Below the pieces are notes generated by a model. The model made no database searches. It saw only the letters and a list, made by a program, of their open reading frames with translations, and was not told the origin of the DNA. A program made the translations under genes and the position numbers. Shown in pieces: positions 52,316 through 56,027 of a stretch of DNA of 56,027 nucleotides. How positions within the stretch are numbered: the first letter of the stretch is position 1; each line of letters opens with the position of its first letter. Origin of the DNA: a virus (Duplodnaviria; Caudoviricetes); the IMG/VR virus record IMGVR_UViG_3300025154_001007, positions 1-56,027 of that record; one strand, 5' to 3'.

Positions 52316-52686
52316 ATTTTTATTCCTTCTTCGCAAACTCCGACGTTAACGGCGTGCTCTGGCAGTATCCCGAACCCGAAGGCTATAGCCGGGTAACCTT
52401 GCTGGCCTTTGTGTTTGAGCATCCACTCTCTTAGGATTTCGGCCCAGATGATGGTCGCCAAAGTATCGCAATCGCCCATATCTTCGGCGTAATCGTCCGG
52501 TGAAAGACCTTCGGAAGCGAGCTTCCCCATGGCGCAAGTAACAATCGTGTCCATCTCAGATACGGTGAAAATGGCGTACTGCTCATCGAAGAGTCTGATG
52601 CCGCGACCAAAAAGACCACCGGCACGAGAGGCGCGGATGATCTTTTTCAGTTCATCGGAGGTTACGGTTTTCAAATCTCTTCCCAC
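52252..52686 (-). CDS. Transglutaminase/papain-like (agglutinin-C-type) protein
   Basis: Y...GDCD.LA, AFG, HAVN. Confidence 0.65.
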   Translation of the reverse strand: MGRDLKTVTSDELKKIIRASRAGGLFGRGIRLFDEQYAIFTVSEMDTIVTCAMGKLASEGLSPDDYAEDMGDCDTLATIIWAEILREWMLKHKGQQGYPAIAFGFGILPEHAVNVGVCEEGIKIWNYGTLTDWDASALSEVDFR

Positions 52687-53069
52687 ATATATAAAACGAT
52701 ATGGATTTCCGTAGCGTTCCCGGCGTTAGAAATAACCGGCTCAAGTATCATGTGGTTAAGAAGCCCGAAGCCGGTTGATAGCGCCTTGTTTCCGCCGTTG
52801 GTTGATTCGGAAAGATTCGCACCGTCACCGCTGAGAATGTCGGCCCATTCTATGGTAGTTCCATCAGGCTTGCGGTATTTGGCTTTTAACACCAAATCCC
52901 AAGCTGCGGTCACTCCCGCGCCTGGAACAAAAGCGAAGGCGTAAAGCTCGCCGCCCTGAACCTCAAACGGGATGCCGCTCATGTCTCCGCTGGCGTCAAC
53001 CGTGCATTTGCAGACCACCGACCGTTTGCGCCCGAAGTATTCTTGATTGATTGTCATCGATCCTGGCAT
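52671..53069 (-). CDS. Putative structural beta-sandwich protein
   Basis: AAAGGA RBS; WDLVL...DILSG.GANLS, ISNAGNA. Confidence 0.6.
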   Translation of the reverse strand: MPGSMTINQEYFGRKRSVVCKCTVDASGDMSGIPFEVQGGELYAFAFVPGAGVTAAWDLVLKAKYRKPDGTTIEWADILSGDGANLSESTNGGNKALSTGFGLLNHMILEPVISNAGNATEIHIVLYMWEEI

Positions 53070-53082
53070 GTTCGTTCCTTTC

Positions 53083-53140
53083 AGAAAAAGAAAGGCCGTA
53101 CTCGGTTTTACCGGGTACGGCCCCTGTTGGTGGTCCTGCT
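53083..53140 (-). terminator. Intrinsic terminator preceded by AGCAGGACCACCA motif
   Basis: GGCCGTAC/GTACGGCC stem + TTTCTTTTT. Confidence 0.75.
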
Positions 53141-53272
53141 GTTATGTTGGAATTACTTTACTTTTATTTACCTAAAATATCAAGTGTTAATTTGGATGCT
53201 TTCCCCGGCGTCAACCTGGGAGGGGGCAAGTTGCGCCGGGGAAAGCTGCCTTACCTGCGGGGAGGCGCAGGC

Positions 53273-53302
53273 TTGACAATTGAATACTTTTTGAATTATT
53301 GT
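53273..53302 (+). promoter_or_regulatory. Promoter for a leaderless membrane micro-ORF
   Basis: TTGACA-N18-TATTGT, ATG 5 nt downstream. Confidence 0.55.
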
Positions 53303-53307
53303 TTGCG

Positions 53308-53439
53308 ATGGAACCTACCCTTTTAATAGGCGTATTGTTGGCATACGCGGTATATTCGTATTTTGGGATATTGGGCGTTGCTATCGTTTCGCTTGCTTGC
53401 TGCATAATCTTGGCCGTTTCTAAAAAGCTATTCCCCTGA
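53308..53439 (+). CDS. 43-aa hydrophobic membrane peptide (not in ORF track)
   Basis: MEPTLLIGVLLAYAVYSYFGILGVAIVSLACCIILAVSKKLFP. Confidence 0.6.
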   Translation: MEPTLLIGVLLAYAVYSYFGILGVAIVSLACCIILAVSKKLFP

Positions 53440-56027
53440 GTTCTCTGCCGCAACCGTCCCGACTACCGCCGCCGCCCTTGAAACGCCTGTTTTGGCCTGC
53501 TTGTACGCATCAAGGCTTATAATTTTGTCCTTAAGCTGTGCGCTTAGTTTGGCGGGCTGGATCTTTCCGTTTGCCGCCCTTATCAGAAAGTCAGCATATT
53601 CAGGATCGAACATGGCCCGCGTTACGAGTTTATCGATTTCCTTTGTGCTGTGCTTATTGAGAACCGTTGCGAGCCCTTTAACGACTGATGCCGTGCGTGA
53701 CATATGGGTTAGGGTAGAAAGCCGCCCAAGGACGTTCTCTGCCGTGTCCGAGCCACCGCCTATGGCGCTCCGTGTGTTCCTCGTTGAAATCTCATAGGCC
53801 CGTTGCATGGTTTTTAGGGCGTTGAGCTTTTCCGGTGTGCTCTTATACAAAACATCCATTGCCGGTTCATACTTTTTCATGATCCTTGAGAAAGCCGCGT
53901 TGGATACCGTGGGATTGTTGGCAATATCCTTGGCTGTCGTTTCTACCATTCGCATGATATGATCGGCAAAGGCGTTCTGAAGTCCTGCGGTAGCCGCTTT
54001 GTCGCCCTTAACCATATTCAAAAGGTCCATAGCCGCCTTGGTCGTGTTGTTGCCTTTAATGGCGTTGGCTATGGCCTTTTCTGTATCGGAATTAAGGATT
54101 CTGGAGGCCGCCGACTTTTCAAATTCTGCCGCTGCTTTGGCTGCACCGTCCGCTATGTTTTGCGCTCCTTCAACGTCGCTGAAATCAAGGCCGTATTTTT
54201 CAAGTGATTGCTTGTTTCTGTTGAGCCACGAGGTCAATTTTGAAGTGACTATATCGCCGTTCTGGTTTGTCGCGGATTTCAGTAGGTCGTAGGCGTAATG
54301 GCCTTTCATGATCCCGCTGGCTTTTTCTTGACCTACGGCCCTGATTAGATCCTCTGCGCCTGAGACTGTGGTAAATAGGCTTGGGATGTCTTCGGTTCTG
54401 GTAGCCGCGCCGGTCGCCTCTTTGCCTTTGGTGAGAGCTTTTCTAACCGCGCCCTTGTCAAACTTTCCGAAGTATTCAGAAGAGGCGAAGTCGTTAAAAG
54501 CTTTCATGGAGCTGGCAACGTCCTTACCGGGTTCAACGGCGTTTAGGATTTCCCTCAATTCCAAAATTCTCTTGTCGGTTTCGCCAGCGGCACCCAGGCC
54601 GGTATTTTTCATGAGCGGGTCTTTGCCAAAAATCCTTTTGTAGTCCCTGGACAACCGGGCCGCAAAACTAGTGTCGTCTTCTCCATATTGCCGCATCATG
54701 GTAAAGCCGTTTTTGTCCTTGATGGCCTTTACCATGCCTTCAATGTCGGGGGCTTGGCTGGCTTTTAGTTGCGCCGATCTTACGGTAGCTTTTTCGAGTT
54801 CATCGGCTAAAACGTCTGTGTTGACGGGTTTGCCTTTGTATTCTCCGATCTTGCCGCTTCTTGCCATATTTGATAATTCGGCAAGGTCTTTTTCGAGTGC
54901 GTCCCTTACTCCTGTCAGCGCTTCGCCAACTGATTTGTTTCCACCAGGTGCGAACGCCTTGGATATTTCATCGTTGAGCGTTCGCCGGATGCCCATGGCC
55001 GTGAAGGTGGTTTTGCCGCGGTCGTCAAGAATCCTTTCGATCTTGTTTTCGGTTTTGAATATTGCCGACACTTGGTCATCGGAAAGCTTCTTGTTGGCCC
55101 TGGCCTCGCTGATGGACTTGCGAACATTGCCGAAGGTCATGGGGTAATCAGGGATTGAGGATTCAAGTTCATTCAGAGTGGCCTGCACCGGCTTTTTTGC
55201 AGAGCGGATAGCGTCAACGGCTTCTTCTCCCACCGCTTGAGGTGGAGCCGGGCCCATGCTATTGACCATCGGCCTAACTGCGCCTCTTTTGGTTGAAGCT
55301 TCTCTGTCGATGGCCGTTTTTTTGCCGCCGAGCGAACTGATTAAATCGTCAATATTTCCCTGCCCACCAAAGTTCTTGTCGTAGTGCGCCCGTAAAGCTT
55401 CGTTGTTGGCTGCAATCTGTTCGGCGTTTTGGGTGGCCGCATCGGTTGCCCTGATTTGTGAGCGCTCAAGCTTAATCATGGCTGGGTCGCCGGTTCTTTG
55501 CCCAAGGGTGAATTTCAGGCCCTGGATTTCTTTTTCAATACGTGCGGCTTCTTCGGCGTTTCGAGCGTAGATAGTGCCTTCCGATGTATTGGCCCTGAGA
55601 ATGTTACCAGCTTGCTTTTCAAACTCTTTTTTGGAGACAAGGCCGGATAGACCGCCAGTTGCCTTCTTGAAGATCGTCTTCCCGCCACGTAGTACAGGGA
55701 CAAGGGCCGCGCCTATCGCTGCACCTCCAACCTCAAGGGCCGCGCCTGTGGCAAGATCCTTCCCGGCCTCAGTGAACGATTCGACCGGGCCAGAATATTT
55801 TTCTTTAACCCCTGCGTACATATCCAGGGTATCGGCAAGGCCCTTGCCAGAGGCATAGCCAACCGCTCCACCGGCTACGGAACCAACCGGGCCGCCTGGG
55901 GCCCCTGCAGCCGCTCCGAGCGCCGCGCCTGCACCTTCAAGTACCGGCCTGTAAAGCGGCGAAGTTGCCCGGAGTCCTTTTTTTGTGGCGTCTTCGAGCT
56001 GCGCTGTATCTTCAAGTCCTATTCCGG
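53428..56027 (-). CDS. C-terminal part of large DNA ejection protein (P22 gp16-like position)
   Basis: Helical, A/K-rich; TLGQRTGD and GGSDTAEN motifs; open to the window end and joins 9..453. Confidence 0.8.
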   Translation of the reverse strand, partial: GIGLEDTAQLEDATKKGLRATSPLYRPVLEGAGAALGAAAGAPGGPVGSVAGGAVGYASGKGLADTLDMYAGVKEKYSGPVESFTEAGKDLATGAALEVGGAAIGAALVPVLRGGKTIFKKATGGLSGLVSKKEFEKQAGNILRANTSEGTIYARNAEEAARIEKEIQGLKFTLGQRTGDPAMIKLERSQIRATDAATQNAEQIAANNEALRAHYDKNFGGQGNIDDLISSLGGKKTAIDREASTKRGAVRPMVNSMGPAPPQAVGEEAVDAIRSAKKPVQATLNELESSIPDYPMTFGNVRKSISEARANKKLSDDQVSAIFKTENKIERILDDRGKTTFTAMGIRRTLNDEISKAFAPGGNKSVGEALTGVRDALEKDLAELSNMARSGKIGEYKGKPVNTDVLADELEKATVRSAQLKASQAPDIEGMVKAIKDKNGFTMMRQYGEDDTSFAARLSRDYKRIFGKDPLMKNTGLGAAGETDKRILELREILNAVEPGKDVASSMKAFNDFASSEYFGKFDKGAVRKALTKGKEATGAATRTEDIPSLFTTVSGAEDLIRAVGQEKASGIMKGHYAYDLLKSATNQNGDIVTSKLTSWLNRNKQSLEKYGLDFSDVEGAQNIADGAAKAAAEFEKSAASRILNSDTEKAIANAIKGNNTTKAAMDLLNMVKGDKAATAGLQNAFADHIMRMVETTAKDIANNPTVSNAAFSRIMKKYEPAMDVLYKSTPEKLNALKTMQRAYEISTRNTRSAIGGGSDTAENVLGRLSTLTHMSRTASVVKGLATVLNKHSTKEIDKLVTRAMFDPEYADFLIRAANGKIQPAKLSAQLKDKIISLDAYKQAKTGVSRAAAVVGTVAAENSGE
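55902..56027. repeat. 126-bp terminal direct repeat, right copy
   Basis: Identical to 9-134. Confidence 0.95.

Noticed and set aside
55902-56027. Terminal repeat as a biological direct terminal repeat or att site
   Set aside because: It falls mid-gene and its length is typical of an assembler overlap; no integrase is adjacent.
1-56027. Genome-wide stop-codon reassignment
   Set aside because: Core genes are intact in the standard code, and TGA, TAA and TAG all serve as coupled stops; only isolated internal stops were seen.
1-56027. CRISPR array, tRNA genes, diversity-generating retroelement or retron
   Set aside because: No regularly spaced repeats, cloverleaf with T-loop consensus, reverse transcriptase motifs or TR/VR pair were seen by eye.

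Overview
This window is an apparently complete, circularly permuted ~55.9 kb tailed-phage genome with a P22-like podovirus layout; bases 9-134 repeat exactly at 55902-56027. Almost all genes are on the - strand. In transcription order they are: a cI/cro-like switch (~44.5-45.4 kb); ERF + YqaJ recombination genes; many small accessory genes; a 732-aa radical-SAM-like/GNAT-like/DNA-methyltransferase fusion; DnaB plus an initiator with internal repeats; a Tad1-like signal sponge next to a divergent cassette of small acidic proteins and an HTH; terminases, portal, scaffold, coat, tail and ejection genes; then, across the junction, fibre-like proteins with export signals and the lysis genes. No integrase, tRNA, CRISPR array or reverse transcriptase was recognised. 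The most unusual signals are: (1) modification enzymes inside the virion operon (glycosyltransferase + B12 radical SAM behind a Thr-rich capsid-associated gene; GNAT + radical SAM between ejection genes); (2) the three-domain methyltransferase fusion; (3) fibre-like proteins with signal peptides or a lipobox; (4) several structured RNA leaders and repeated regulatory motifs; (5) unannotated micro-ORFs, including duplicated zinc-ribbon cassettes and a zinc-finger gene with TGA at a Cys position. All family calls come from motif recognition by eye, not database searches. The host is unknown; three Fe-S enzymes and lipoproteins would fit an anaerobic diderm, but that is only inference.
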